Source: a virus (taxonomy: Duplodnaviria > Heunggongvirae > Uroviricota > Caudoviricetes). Taken from it: DNA of 11,372 nucleotides. Below, one piece after another: positions 1-7,345 of the stretch. The stretch covers positions 1 through 11,372 of IMG/VR virus record IMGVR_UViG_2778261165_000014; one strand, 5' to 3'. The position numbers were made by a program, and so were the translations under genes. Numbering within the stretch: the stretch's first letter is position 1; each line of letters opens with the position of its first letter. The notes under the pieces were generated by a model. The model was not told the origin of the DNA. It did no database searches and saw nothing but the letters and a program-made list of their open reading frames with translations.

Positions 1-17
1 GCCAGATATTGAATGGC

Positions 18-425
18 CTACGCCTCCGGCAGTTCAGGCCAGATGACATCCGGCGCGGTGCTGGTATCAGTAGCTGTCACCGCGTCAATGTAATCCAGCA
101 CAGCGTTAAGGCGGGTTGTTTCTGCCTGCGTCAGTTTACGTCCGGCCTGCAATTTCAGCTGAATCAGACTGATGGAAGCCATAGCAGCATCAATCAGATG
201 CTGTTTCATTAATTCAGATGCTGCAACCAATTCATCATGAGTTGGTTGTGCGGGTTCTGCCAGTACAGGCAGTCCGTTACTGTCTGCCGTAATATTCTTT
301 CCTGCCTCCTGACCAGCAATAAGTGCGTCATATACTTCATCACTGATTTCTACTGCGTCACCGGGTATATAAGAGGATATATCGGAGTTATAAAGAGCAA
401 TCGGAGCAGATGTAAAATATTTCAT
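18..425 (-). CDS. Tail fiber assembly chaperone (Tfa-like)
   Basis: Minus-strand ORF immediately downstream of the tail-fiber gene. The C-terminus ends ...DVIWPELPEA, matching my recollection of the conserved Tfa C-terminal motif. Preferred start is the second ATG (425..423), which has GGAGA 5 nt upstream; the ORF-track start at 437 abuts the upstream TAA and has no SD. Confidence 0.7.
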   Translation of the reverse strand: MKYFTSAPIALYNSDISSYIPGDAVEISDEVYDALIAGQEAGKNITADSNGLPVLAEPAQPTHDELVAASELMKQHLIDAAMASISLIQLKLQAGRKLTQAETTRLNAVLDYIDAVTATDTSTAPDVIWPELPEA

Positions 426-437
426 TGTTTTCTCCAT

Positions 438-1181
438 TTACCAGCCAATTGCCAGCCAACACCATGTTGCAGGTGATGATTCACTGCCTGTACTCATATT
501 TTGCCCTATCCATGATGCTGATGTTCTTCCTGGAATATAGAACCGAACATTCGATAAATCCGTAGACGCTGTCGCAAAGTCATGCGCAAAAATCGCAATA
601 CACGCATTTGGAAATGCGGATGGGAAGGTAATAACACCATTTCTTGCTGAGCTGGATATCTGAGATGCCTGAATAATAAACTCCATGTTAACGCCGTTAA
701 TAACTACCGGGATTTTTGCTGTCAACGTATTACCGTTAATGACAAGTGCAGCGGCAGACATTTTTGCCGCTTCCCCCAAACCAAGGTATGAAAGAATATC
801 TTTCCACCCGGTACCATTGCTGTTTGGATCAGATAGATTTCCTTCTGTTGTATTAATGAATATTCTTTCCCCATCGTCCGATATGAGCATCGCCCCAGAC
901 GGATATCCAGAAATCTCCGAAGCAAATTCAGAATCAAAAGTGTTCAGCGCCCCGGTGCTCGACCATCTCCCCAGAGCAGAAAGTTCGTATAAAATTTGGT
1001 TCATATCCTGGCCTTTTGGCGGCAAACCGCCAGCAGATTTCAGGATCATTGTTATTGGAGGGAACCCCTGTTCATACGATGCTGAGTTATCACCTGCAGG
1101 GGTGGTTGGCAATATTGCCACTCTCTGTCCATTAACTCCAAATGGCTTAGGTTGTTTTTTAGGTGAGTCAGAACGATTCAT
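438..1181 (-). CDS. Tail fiber protein (short, 247 aa)
   Basis: ORF sits between a baseplate-associated gene and the Tfa-like chaperone. AGGA lies 7 nt upstream of the ATG at 1181. The protein is Gly/Ser/Thr/Asn-rich, as fibers typically are. Function is inferred from synteny, not from a recognised domain. Confidence 0.6.
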   Translation of the reverse strand: MNRSDSPKKQPKPFGVNGQRVAILPTTPAGDNSASYEQGFPPITMILKSAGGLPPKGQDMNQILYELSALGRWSSTGALNTFDSEFASEISGYPSGAMLISDDGERIFINTTEGNLSDPNSNGTGWKDILSYLGLGEAAKMSAAALVINGNTLTAKIPVVINGVNMEFIIQASQISSSARNGVITFPSAFPNACIAIFAHDFATASTDLSNVRFYIPGRTSASWIGQNMSTGSESSPATWCWLAIGW

Positions 1182-1183
1182 GC

Positions 1184-1822
1184 TTAATTCCTATAAAATG
1201 TGCCGTCATTAAATGGATATGCATCTGTAGCAAAACCAAAGTATGGGCTTACAATTTGTTTGATATTTACCTGAACTCCACTTGGTACAGGAGTCACATC
1301 GTAATTTGTTAAAATCGATTCTTCGTAGGGAGCAAGTGAGAACTCAAAATTTATACCAATGGTCATATCTCTGTAATTGACACAATATGCTCTGCCTCGT
1401 TGATAAAAAAGTATTTTAAGAAATTTATTTATATCAGGAATGGTTGCCACACTGATGTTAGTAAAAGCCTTGCAGAGTATTAATGTTCTGTAAGCATCAT
1501 CCCCAAGCCTGACATTCGTTGTTTCCTGAATGCCGACGTAAAACGGAGAATTATTAAATGGTGCCGGGTAATCAGTACTCCCATCATCTGCTTCGCTAAA
1601 TCCAAATGAATCGCTATCTATTGGCGCAACAATATATCTGCTTATGCCAACAATTTTCCCCCACATATCAAGCCCGAATGTTTCGCAGGTAGTTAAATCC
1701 CATACCTTTTTAATGAATTCCTCTGTGAAATCATCAAGACTCACTGCCTGGTTAAATGTGTCTATGATGGACAATAATTTCTTACTTGCTGAGTATTGGG
1801 TAAGTATTGTGTCTTCCCACAT
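1184..1822 (-). CDS. Baseplate or tail-fiber-associated structural protein (occupies the position of Mu gp48-like proteins)
   Basis: 212-aa ORF tightly packed between the baseplate J-like gene (stop 1833-1835) and the tail fiber gene. Family assignment is positional only. Confidence 0.55.
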   Translation of the reverse strand: MWEDTILTQYSASKKLLSIIDTFNQAVSLDDFTEEFIKKVWDLTTCETFGLDMWGKIVGISRYIVAPIDSDSFGFSEADDGSTDYPAPFNNSPFYVGIQETTNVRLGDDAYRTLILCKAFTNISVATIPDINKFLKILFYQRGRAYCVNYRDMTIGINFEFSLAPYEESILTNYDVTPVPSGVQVNIKQIVSPYFGFATDAYPFNDGTFYRN

Positions 1823-1832
1823 GCCTCACCCC

Positions 1833-3062
1833 TCACGATAGAATTACGGTAATATCTGATTCCTGAATTGTCGGAACCTGGTCGATACCCATTGTTATTG
1901 CTGGCCCATAGGCTGATCCATCAATGGAGACTTCAAGCGATAAAATCCCAACGGTGTCAGGTGATATTGAAATAACCGGAGCATAATACTTACCGGCGTT
2001 AATGGTAGAGCCTATCCTTGCCTTCCCGATCCCCTCATAACCACCATTGAAAACTGATACGATCATGCTTTTCACTTGTGATGTGATATCACTAGGTGGA
2101 TTAAGAGAGCTATCCAGCTCAACGCTAAAATAAACCCTCGTCGGAGTTGCTTTTTGCCACTGCATTACATAGGAAGGGTATGGAGGTAGATAGTTAACAT
2201 TGTCGTAAACCGTGTACGAGGTATCTCCGTTCAGATTTGCTCCAGGGTTGTACGTCTGGAAAATTGACTCCGCTACATCCTCATCAGTTCCACCATACAC
2301 ACAGATGTAAATAGAGTGCGCCACCACAGGGAAGTTAGTAGCTCCCTGATTTACTGTGGCTGCAGTTCTGTTTGACCATACATAGGCATCCAGCACACCA
2401 TTCGTAGCCAGCAAGGCAGATAGTGTCGATGCGTCCTGATTACGGCTATTTCTCGCGACCGACTGCTTGCGACGTGTTTCAAATGCAATACGTGATTCAA
2501 CATCAACGCCAACAACGCCTGGGCTCGCGTTTGTGATCGCATCCCATCCAGATACTGCACGGTAAATCTGATTTAATGCACCTGCTGCACAGGGTATTGG
2601 TCCGGTTGTGTTATTTACAAACTGAACATCAATGCTTCCTGATGCTGGTATTGTTGCGATGTCGATAGACCGGTAAATATATCCATTGGTATCAATGGCT
2701 GTGCTTCCCGCGGGGATTGTCGTTCCGACCTGACCAATGCATGTTGCTGTAACAACTGTCCCCTGAGCAGCGATCCGTTCCATAAAGTAAATCCGGCCAA
2801 TCCCGTCCTGGAATCTGCCAGTTGAGAAGTCAGGGTTAATTTGATTAAACAAACAAAGAAGTTTGTCGTATTCCTGAGCAATAATTTCAGTGTCAGACTG
2901 TGCGATCTGCCCTTGCGGTGAACTCAGTGATTGACTAGCACCACCGCCAAGAGCCGTTGACATGTCTGTAAGTCTTCCCGCCAGCACATCCGCTATGTCG
3001 GGAACTGAAAGACCGTTTTCAGTGATGGTTACATCAGGAACAGCCGTATTTAATATCGTCAT
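1833..3062 (-). CDS. Baseplate J-like protein (gp47/gpJ family)
   Basis: 409-aa ORF. Its start overlaps the upstream gene's stop as ATGA (3062/3059). Size and position after a GP46-like gene and before the fiber genes fit the baseplate J family; the assignment is by recollection of that family, not by search. Confidence 0.7.
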   Translation of the reverse strand: MTILNTAVPDVTITENGLSVPDIADVLAGRLTDMSTALGGGASQSLSSPQGQIAQSDTEIIAQEYDKLLCLFNQINPDFSTGRFQDGIGRIYFMERIAAQGTVVTATCIGQVGTTIPAGSTAIDTNGYIYRSIDIATIPASGSIDVQFVNNTTGPIPCAAGALNQIYRAVSGWDAITNASPGVVGVDVESRIAFETRRKQSVARNSRNQDASTLSALLATNGVLDAYVWSNRTAATVNQGATNFPVVAHSIYICVYGGTDEDVAESIFQTYNPGANLNGDTSYTVYDNVNYLPPYPSYVMQWQKATPTRVYFSVELDSSLNPPSDITSQVKSMIVSVFNGGYEGIGKARIGSTINAGKYYAPVISISPDTVGILSLEVSIDGSAYGPAITMGIDQVPTIQESDITVILS

Positions 3063-3418
3063 AAGGTGGCCTGTGCAATATTACCATTGATATCTGTAAC
3101 GCGGATTGTGCCGCGAGTTGTGCGTGTATTCTTGTCAAAGAAAACTGATGCCAGAGCATCCTCAACAACGGGTAATTTGAGTGCTTCAGCCTGCATTTTC
3201 TGAGCAATAAAACCAGGAGATGGTCGCCTGCCAAGAACTTCTGCCTTCCATGGGATCCCAAGTGTATTGTCGTAATAACACTCTCCTGAAAACACCAGGC
3301 ATGCACTGGCGACATCCTGAGCAACAGAATATGATTCTTCTGCGATCGCCAGATTGCCATTTCCGTCAAGCGTCAAGTCCCACGTAGATGTGTCCAGTTG
3401 CATAGTTCTGTATGTCAT
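3059..3418 (-). CDS. Phage GP46-family baseplate protein (small)
   Basis: 119-aa ORF with N-terminal ...TWDLTLDGNGNLAIAEE..., resembling the D-L-x-L-x-x-D-G-D-L opening I recall for Mu gp46-like proteins. ATGA overlap with the upstream gene at 3415-3418. Confidence 0.6.
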   Translation of the reverse strand: MTYRTMQLDTSTWDLTLDGNGNLAIAEESYSVAQDVASACLVFSGECYYDNTLGIPWKAEVLGRRPSPGFIAQKMQAEALKLPVVEDALASVFFDKNTRTTRGTIRVTDINGNIAQATL

Positions 3419-4107
3419 GTCGGTTTATCCGTTGCATTGGAATTTATTGTTGCCCCACCACTTTGTACACCTGAAACAGAATGTTTGTGATTGTTATAAT
3501 TGTCCCTTAAATTTTTAACAGTAGATGACTGTGAACTTGCGTTATCCTGAATATCACCGCTAACTTTAAGTAAAGGAGTATTCATGTTGACTCCATCAGG
3601 AGCATCAATATTTAACGATGAACATTTAATATTTAGTGGGTTAGGCGTGGTTATGTTTATTGCACCATCAGCAAATTCAATGAATTGAGTAGGTGCAATA
3701 TTTAATACCCCACCAAGATAAATTGCATCAGATTTACTGTGTCGCCTTTTGCTTCCAGGTACTGATTCTTTACGATTTTTTCTTACCAGTGATGTGTCTT
3801 TGTCACATATCGCAATCAGACCAATATCACCCGCCACAGGGTCCATAATTACAGCGCTGTTTCCTCTTTGCAACCGCCATACGGGAAGGTCATATAAAAC
3901 CGAGTTAGAAATCATTTTTCCTGTACGGTCTGTTCTGGTTAGTAAAGGAAGAGCGTCAACAACTAAATCCGGTGCTTTCCCCCTGACTTCCTGAACTCTC
4001 GCTAACTCAATGAAGAAATATCCAGACATCATCATCTCAAAAATATATTCCTGAGATTGAGCCTCACTTACCTGAGCAGGCGTTGGAGTAAATAGTTGCT
4101 TATCCAT
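3415..4107 (-). CDS. Baseplate assembly/spike protein (gpV / Mu gp45-like)
   Basis: The ORF track gives 3415..4200, but that overlaps the upstream gene by 101 nt. The internal ATG at 4107 (MDKQLFTPT...) reduces the overlap to 8 nt and is my preferred start; its SD is weak. Function is inferred from position and size. Confidence 0.55.
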   Translation of the reverse strand: MDKQLFTPTPAQVSEAQSQEYIFEMMMSGYFFIELARVQEVRGKAPDLVVDALPLLTRTDRTGKMISNSVLYDLPVWRLQRGNSAVIMDPVAGDIGLIAICDKDTSLVRKNRKESVPGSKRRHSKSDAIYLGGVLNIAPTQFIEFADGAINITTPNPLNIKCSSLNIDAPDGVNMNTPLLKVSGDIQDNASSQSSTVKNLRDNYNNHKHSVSGVQSGGATINSNATDKPT

Positions 4108-5089
4108 TATTCTGTTGCGCCTCTGCTCTTTGTTCCGCTGTTCTGGCGGCAATACATATTGAGTGCCATGAACCATTTGGCATCCATGATGATAACTCAT
4201 GCCGAACGGAGGTTAACTTATACCTTCCGCTTGCATGTGGTAGTCCTGTTTTGATATCCACATATCTTCCAATGCAAAGGAGAGATGAATATTGCGTCTG
4301 AAACATCAGTCCCCCATTTGAAAATACAGGATATCCAACAAGTCCGTATTCTCTGGATATAAACGGAATTACATCGTCTCTGTTTTTTTCTGAAGGCCAG
4401 AACTCTACTTTTGTCGGTGGCGTAGCTGACATCGCCAGTCCATAATCTGAACAGACCCTATAAAGTTGCTCAAAAACACTTCCTTCAAAATGCGGACTTC
4501 CTGATGTTGTCATCCCTTTTACATTATTAAACACAGCTTCATAACCTGCACTTGCACAAATGGATGAGATGACATCTTCAACACTTTGCGCCCCCTGCGC
4601 TGTAAACGGGCTTGCTGGCATGTTCTGTAAATCAACATTAGAAGAGGCTGTTATCATCAGACTGCTTTCAGGAGCAGAATTCATGTTTGCTATTGATGAA
4701 AGCATCGTGCCGGAGAAAACAAGAGAATCATCAGCAAATACCTCAACATTTAACTTCTGACCTTCCCCAACAATACCATCAGCCTTCCCTGATATATCAG
4801 CAAGTCTTTCAATTCCTAACCCGTAAAGAGATATATCAGCCTGAGCACCTCCACGACCGGTAACAAAGTTCAGGGATACTGTTGACTTAACATTTCTGAT
4901 GGAGATTTTATTGTTTCCATTTTTATCAAATGCTGATGATTCATTCGTGAAGTCAAACCGAAGACTGTGATTTTTATACAAGCTCGTTTTCCTCGATGTA
5001 ATACAGCAAGTAACGGCTACCCAATCCTTCCCATCGCGGGTCCGATTCCCCATCATTATCAATGAAAATAAGGTCTCCCTTAAATCCAA
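4100..5089 (-). CDS. Baseplate hub-like protein (gpD / Mu gp44-like position); start ambiguous
   Basis: 329-aa ORF from the ATG at 5089 overlaps the upstream 100-aa ORF by about 116 nt. An alternative TTG start at 4981..4979 has GAGGA 8 nt upstream and would overlap by only 8 nt. Function is positional inference. Confidence 0.55.
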   Translation of the reverse strand: MDLRETLFSLIMMGNRTRDGKDWVAVTCCITSRKTSLYKNHSLRFDFTNESSAFDKNGNNKISIRNVKSTVSLNFVTGRGGAQADISLYGLGIERLADISGKADGIVGEGQKLNVEVFADDSLVFSGTMLSSIANMNSAPESSLMITASSNVDLQNMPASPFTAQGAQSVEDVISSICASAGYEAVFNNVKGMTTSGSPHFEGSVFEQLYRVCSDYGLAMSATPPTKVEFWPSEKNRDDVIPFISREYGLVGYPVFSNGGLMFQTQYSSLLCIGRYVDIKTGLPHASGRYKLTSVRHELSSWMPNGSWHSICIAARTAEQRAEAQQNNG

Positions 5090-5276
5090 GGTATGAATAT
5101 CTTACCATCTTATTCCCATGCAGACATGGAACGCCCTGCATAATTGGGACTTCATTAACAGTTAAATCCATGTACATAAAACTCTGTCGCTGAACAATTT
5201 TTATATTACATTGCTGACCAGCCAGACTTACCGAAATGGACTGAGATTTGCTGGGAAGAACAGATACTGTAATCAT
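4974..5276 (-). CDS. Hypothetical small tail/baseplate-associated protein (100 aa)
   Basis: ORF whose ATG (5276..5274) overlaps the upstream gene's stop as ATGA, suggesting translational coupling within the late operon. No recognisable motif. Confidence 0.5.
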   Translation of the reverse strand: MITVSVLPSKSQSISVSLAGQQCNIKIVQRQSFMYMDLTVNEVPIMQGVPCLHGNKMVRYSYLGFKGDLIFIDNDGESDPRWEGLGSRYLLYYIEENELV

Positions 5277-6088
5277 GTACTCGCCTTAACTATATTTTTT
5301 GCAATATCTTCCGCTTTTTTTGTTGCGCTGTTTGTGACTTCGAGTATTGGTTTGGATACCGTATCAAGAGCACTCTGAAATTCAGTCTTGATTGTGTCGG
5401 AGATTTTTCCAGTGATTTCGCCAACAGATGACTTCAGTGATGACCATGATTTACTTAGCTCATCGACAGTAGATTCCCTGGCTCCGCCATTGGTTATTTG
5501 CGGATCAACTCCTACATCTCCCTGCGACTTATTGTTATCCGTTGGCTTCTGTTCTGACTGAGATCCGGAGAGGATAACCTCCATTTGCTGAATGACCTCC
5601 TGAAAATCAAGATAAACCGTCAGAAGAGTCACCCCCTTTTGAGAGTTAACTTCGTAATAGTGGTCAACAAGGTCGAAACTCTCCAGAGTTTCCTTCGGCG
5701 TTTCAATATCGTATGTTTTTGCAGAGGACAGCATCGTTTTGATTGTGTTCAGCGTGCTGTTCTGGCTTGTGAATGTGAGATCGAAAATATTCGGGATGTT
5801 GCCGGAAAAACCAGTAAGACCATTTACGATGATTGCACATCTTACTCTGGCGGGTTCTTTAACTTTGTTGATGGACTGGTATTTCCCTTTCTCCACCGGA
5901 GCGTTTGTTATTTGCGCCCTTCCGCTTGGCTGTACGGATGCCATACCACTGAACTCAAGAGCAACCTCGCCAGTTTCCCTGTCACGAATCACATACTGGG
6001 GATGCAGAACGCTGTCGATGATCGAAAGCGGAGAGCCACCACCGATAGCATTGAATATGTCTGCTGTGTTTAAATCGATTATGCCCAT
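5273..6088 (-). CDS. Phage tail/baseplate structural protein (271 aa), first gene after the ant terminator
   Basis: ATG at 6088 with GGAGA 4 nt upstream. Lies immediately downstream of the hairpins that follow ant and upstream of the baseplate genes. Function is positional. Confidence 0.65.
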   Translation of the reverse strand: MGIIDLNTADIFNAIGGGSPLSIIDSVLHPQYVIRDRETGEVALEFSGMASVQPSGRAQITNAPVEKGKYQSINKVKEPARVRCAIIVNGLTGFSGNIPNIFDLTFTSQNSTLNTIKTMLSSAKTYDIETPKETLESFDLVDHYYEVNSQKGVTLLTVYLDFQEVIQQMEVILSGSQSEQKPTDNNKSQGDVGVDPQITNGGARESTVDELSKSWSSLKSSVGEITGKISDTIKTEFQSALDTVSKPILEVTNSATKKAEDIAKNIVKAST

Positions 6089-6098
6089 CTACTCTCCA

Positions 6099-6166
6099 TT
6101 AAACAAAAACCCAGCCGAAGCTGGGTTGTTGCGTTTGTTCTTGACCTGCACTTTTCGTGCAGGTGG
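6099..6166 (-). terminator. Tandem hairpins downstream of ant; the second is an intrinsic-terminator candidate
   Basis: Hairpin 1: acctgcac (6144-6151) pairs with gtgcaggt (6157-6164), 5-nt loop. Hairpin 2: aacccagc (6108-6115) pairs with gctgggtt (6120-6127), loop cgaa. On the minus-strand RNA hairpin 2 is followed by UUUUUGUUUAA (reverse complement of 6099-6109). Confidence 0.5.
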
Positions 6167-7027
6167 TTAAAATGGTTGTAAGCCTTTCAGCCCTGCGGCA
6201 TCCTCCAGACTTTTCTTAACGCTTGCAGTTACGGAATAGCAATCTGCAATTCTTCCGCAAAATCTGGTCGCAACCGGAGAGCCAAGCAATCGCAAAGCGG
6301 GTTCCATTTCGTCTCTCCATATTCTGTACATGGCATCAAGATGAATGCACGCCGAGTTCAGGTTATGAACATTCATCCTCCAATCAAAACAACTCATCTC
6401 ATTATGTTTCGACTTGCCGATGAATTCGCCTTCAAGTGGAACTCGAGCTGCAAGTGACAGTGCTTCGGTAAACTGCTCCTCACGGATTTCTTTGTATGAA
6501 CATCCAAAATGAGATTTCAGTGACGACCACATGGTGATCATCGCCTTCGCCTGTTTTTCTTTTGGCAGAGACTGACCGCGACTCATGACAAGTTGTTTAA
6601 TGGCTTCCTGCTGTTCAGTGGTGATTTTACCCGGCAATGCCTTTTTAGCTTTGCGCGGGTTAACCACATGGCCTTTAGTCCAGTACTCGTAGAGCACATC
6701 GTCACACTCTTCCTGATAGTGGATTACATTGTCGCGGATTTCAGGGCGGACTTTGTTAGGGCTGATGGTTTGCAACCAGCCATTCAGTTTACGTAAAGCA
6801 AGGCAAATCATGGTCTGCACGCCGCCAACTGAAGGTATTGCGATTTCCACAATACCTTTAGCAAATCTTTGTTTTAACTTTGTAAACTGTGAAGCCCAAT
6901 CCATACCCATTCCCTCAACGATAGGTTTCATTGGGGTGTACGGTTCGCCGTTGTGATTGACAACATAAAGCTCTGCGCCGTGAAATGGCACGTTGATAGT
7001 AGATACCGCTGTTGCTATACTTTTCAT
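6167..7027 (-). CDS. ant: Antirepressor (Ant-like)
   Basis: 286-aa ORF directly downstream of an Arc-like gene and divergent from an Mnt-like gene, which is the P22 immI arrangement. Size is close to P22 Ant (about 300 aa as I recall). GAGGA lies 9 nt upstream of the ATG at 7027. Confidence 0.75.
   Translation of the reverse strand: MKSIATAVSTINVPFHGAELYVVNHNGEPYTPMKPIVEGMGMDWASQFTKLKQRFAKGIVEIAIPSVGGVQTMICLALRKLNGWLQTISPNKVRPEIRDNVIHYQEECDDVLYEYWTKGHVVNPRKAKKALPGKITTEQQEAIKQLVMSRGQSLPKEKQAKAMITMWSSLKSHFGCSYKEIREEQFTEALSLAARVPLEGEFIGKSKHNEMSCFDWRMNVHNLNSACIHLDAMYRIWRDEMEPALRLLGSPVATRFCGRIADCYSVTASVKKSLEDAAGLKGLQPF
6993..7021 (+). promoter_or_regulatory. Candidate sigma70 promoter for the sar-like antisense RNA (TTGATA-17-TATACT)
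   Basis: -35 TTGATA at 6993-6998, a 17-nt spacer, and -10 TATACT at 7016-7021 on the plus strand, inside the 5' end of ant and pointing toward arc. Confidence 0.5.
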
Positions 7028-7097
7028 GTCAGTTTTTCCTCAATACTTACTGGCGATTTAAGCCCTAGATACTCGCAATATCTGGGGCTTTACTCAT
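7028..7097 (+). ncRNA. sar: Candidate sar-like small antisense RNA (about 70 nt) complementary to the ant ribosome-binding region
   Basis: The predicted start just after the -10 box lies opposite the ant start codon and SD. The plus-strand hairpin agccctagata (7061-7071) / tatctggggct (7079-7089) has an 11-bp stem with one G-U pair and a 7-nt loop, followed by T-rich ttactcattct (7090-7100). Length and position match what I recall of P22 sar (68-69 nt). Confidence 0.5.
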
Positions 7098-7240
7098 TCT
7101 GGACAAACAATCCCGTCCTTAGCTACCGACTCCTTAAGCCTCCTCAACACCTCATTGCTGAATGACCGATCATCCTTTTTCGCTGACTGCTCCAAAGCTT
7201 TTTCGAGCCATTCTGGCATCCTTAACGTTTTTACTTTCAT
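7094..7240 (-). CDS. arc: Arc-like ribbon-helix-helix repressor (48 aa)
   Basis: Not in the ORF track because it is under 60 aa. Manual translation gives MKVKTLRMPEWLEKALEQSAKKDDRSFSNEVLRRLKESVAKDGIVCPE, with AGGAG 5 nt upstream of the ATG at 7240..7238. The LRMPEW and RSFSNEV segments resemble the P22 Arc strand and helix regions as I recall them. Confidence 0.7.
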   Translation of the reverse strand: MKVKTLRMPEWLEKALEQSAKKDDRSFSNEVLRRLKESVAKDGIVCPE

Positions 7241-7253
7241 TTTCGCTCCTTTG

Positions 7254-7270
7254 GTATGCGGTACGCATAC
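7254..7270. promoter_or_regulatory. 17-bp palindromic operator candidate (GTATGCG-gta-CGCATAC) over the predicted start of the arc-ant transcript
   Basis: Perfect 7-bp inverted arms read directly from the sequence. It lies immediately downstream of the predicted -10 of the arc-ant promoter, the geometry expected for an Mnt-type operator. Confidence 0.5.
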
Positions 7271-7299
7271 ATAGTATGTAGGTACGCATTGATAGTCAA
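7271..7299 (-). promoter_or_regulatory. Candidate promoter for arc-ant (Pant-like; TTGACT-17-TACTAT)
   Basis: On the minus strand, -35 TTGACT is the reverse complement of 7294-7299 and -10 TACTAT is the reverse complement of 7271-7276, with a 17-nt spacer. A GGTACGCAT direct repeat (7261-7269 and 7281-7289) and the palindrome ATTGAtagTCAAT (7288-7300) overlap it. Confidence 0.5.
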
Positions 7300-7317
7300 T
7301 AGATACCTACATATCCT
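7289..7317 (+). promoter_or_regulatory. Candidate divergent promoter for the mnt-like gene (TTGATA-17-TATCCT)
   Basis: -35 TTGATA at 7289-7294 overlaps, back to back, the -35 of the arc-ant promoter inside the palindrome. The -10 candidate TATCCT at 7312-7317 is weaker. Confidence 0.3.
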
Positions 7318-7345
7318 GTGGTAAAAAATTATTCAGGATATGCTG

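Noticed and set aside
685-1212. Plus-strand 175-aa ORF inside the tail fiber gene
   Set aside because: It is an antisense shadow of a minus-strand gene that is supported by synteny and coupling. It has no SD and reads as low complexity.
2351-3369. Alternative-frame minus-strand ORFs (69, 88 and 111 aa) within the baseplate J and GP46-like genes
   Set aside because: They sit in other frames of the same strand as the long, coupled baseplate genes, so they are unlikely to be independently translated.
5585-6170. Plus-strand ORFs (162 aa and 143 aa) overlapping the 271-aa minus-strand gene
   Set aside because: They are antisense to a tightly packed, coupled structural gene, overlap each other in different frames, and have no ribosome-binding sites.
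6953-7165. Plus-strand 70-aa ORF overlapping the ant start and the arc gene
   Set aside because: It overlaps two well-supported minus-strand genes and the proposed sar-like RNA. The RNA interpretation, with its promoter and terminator, explains this strand better.
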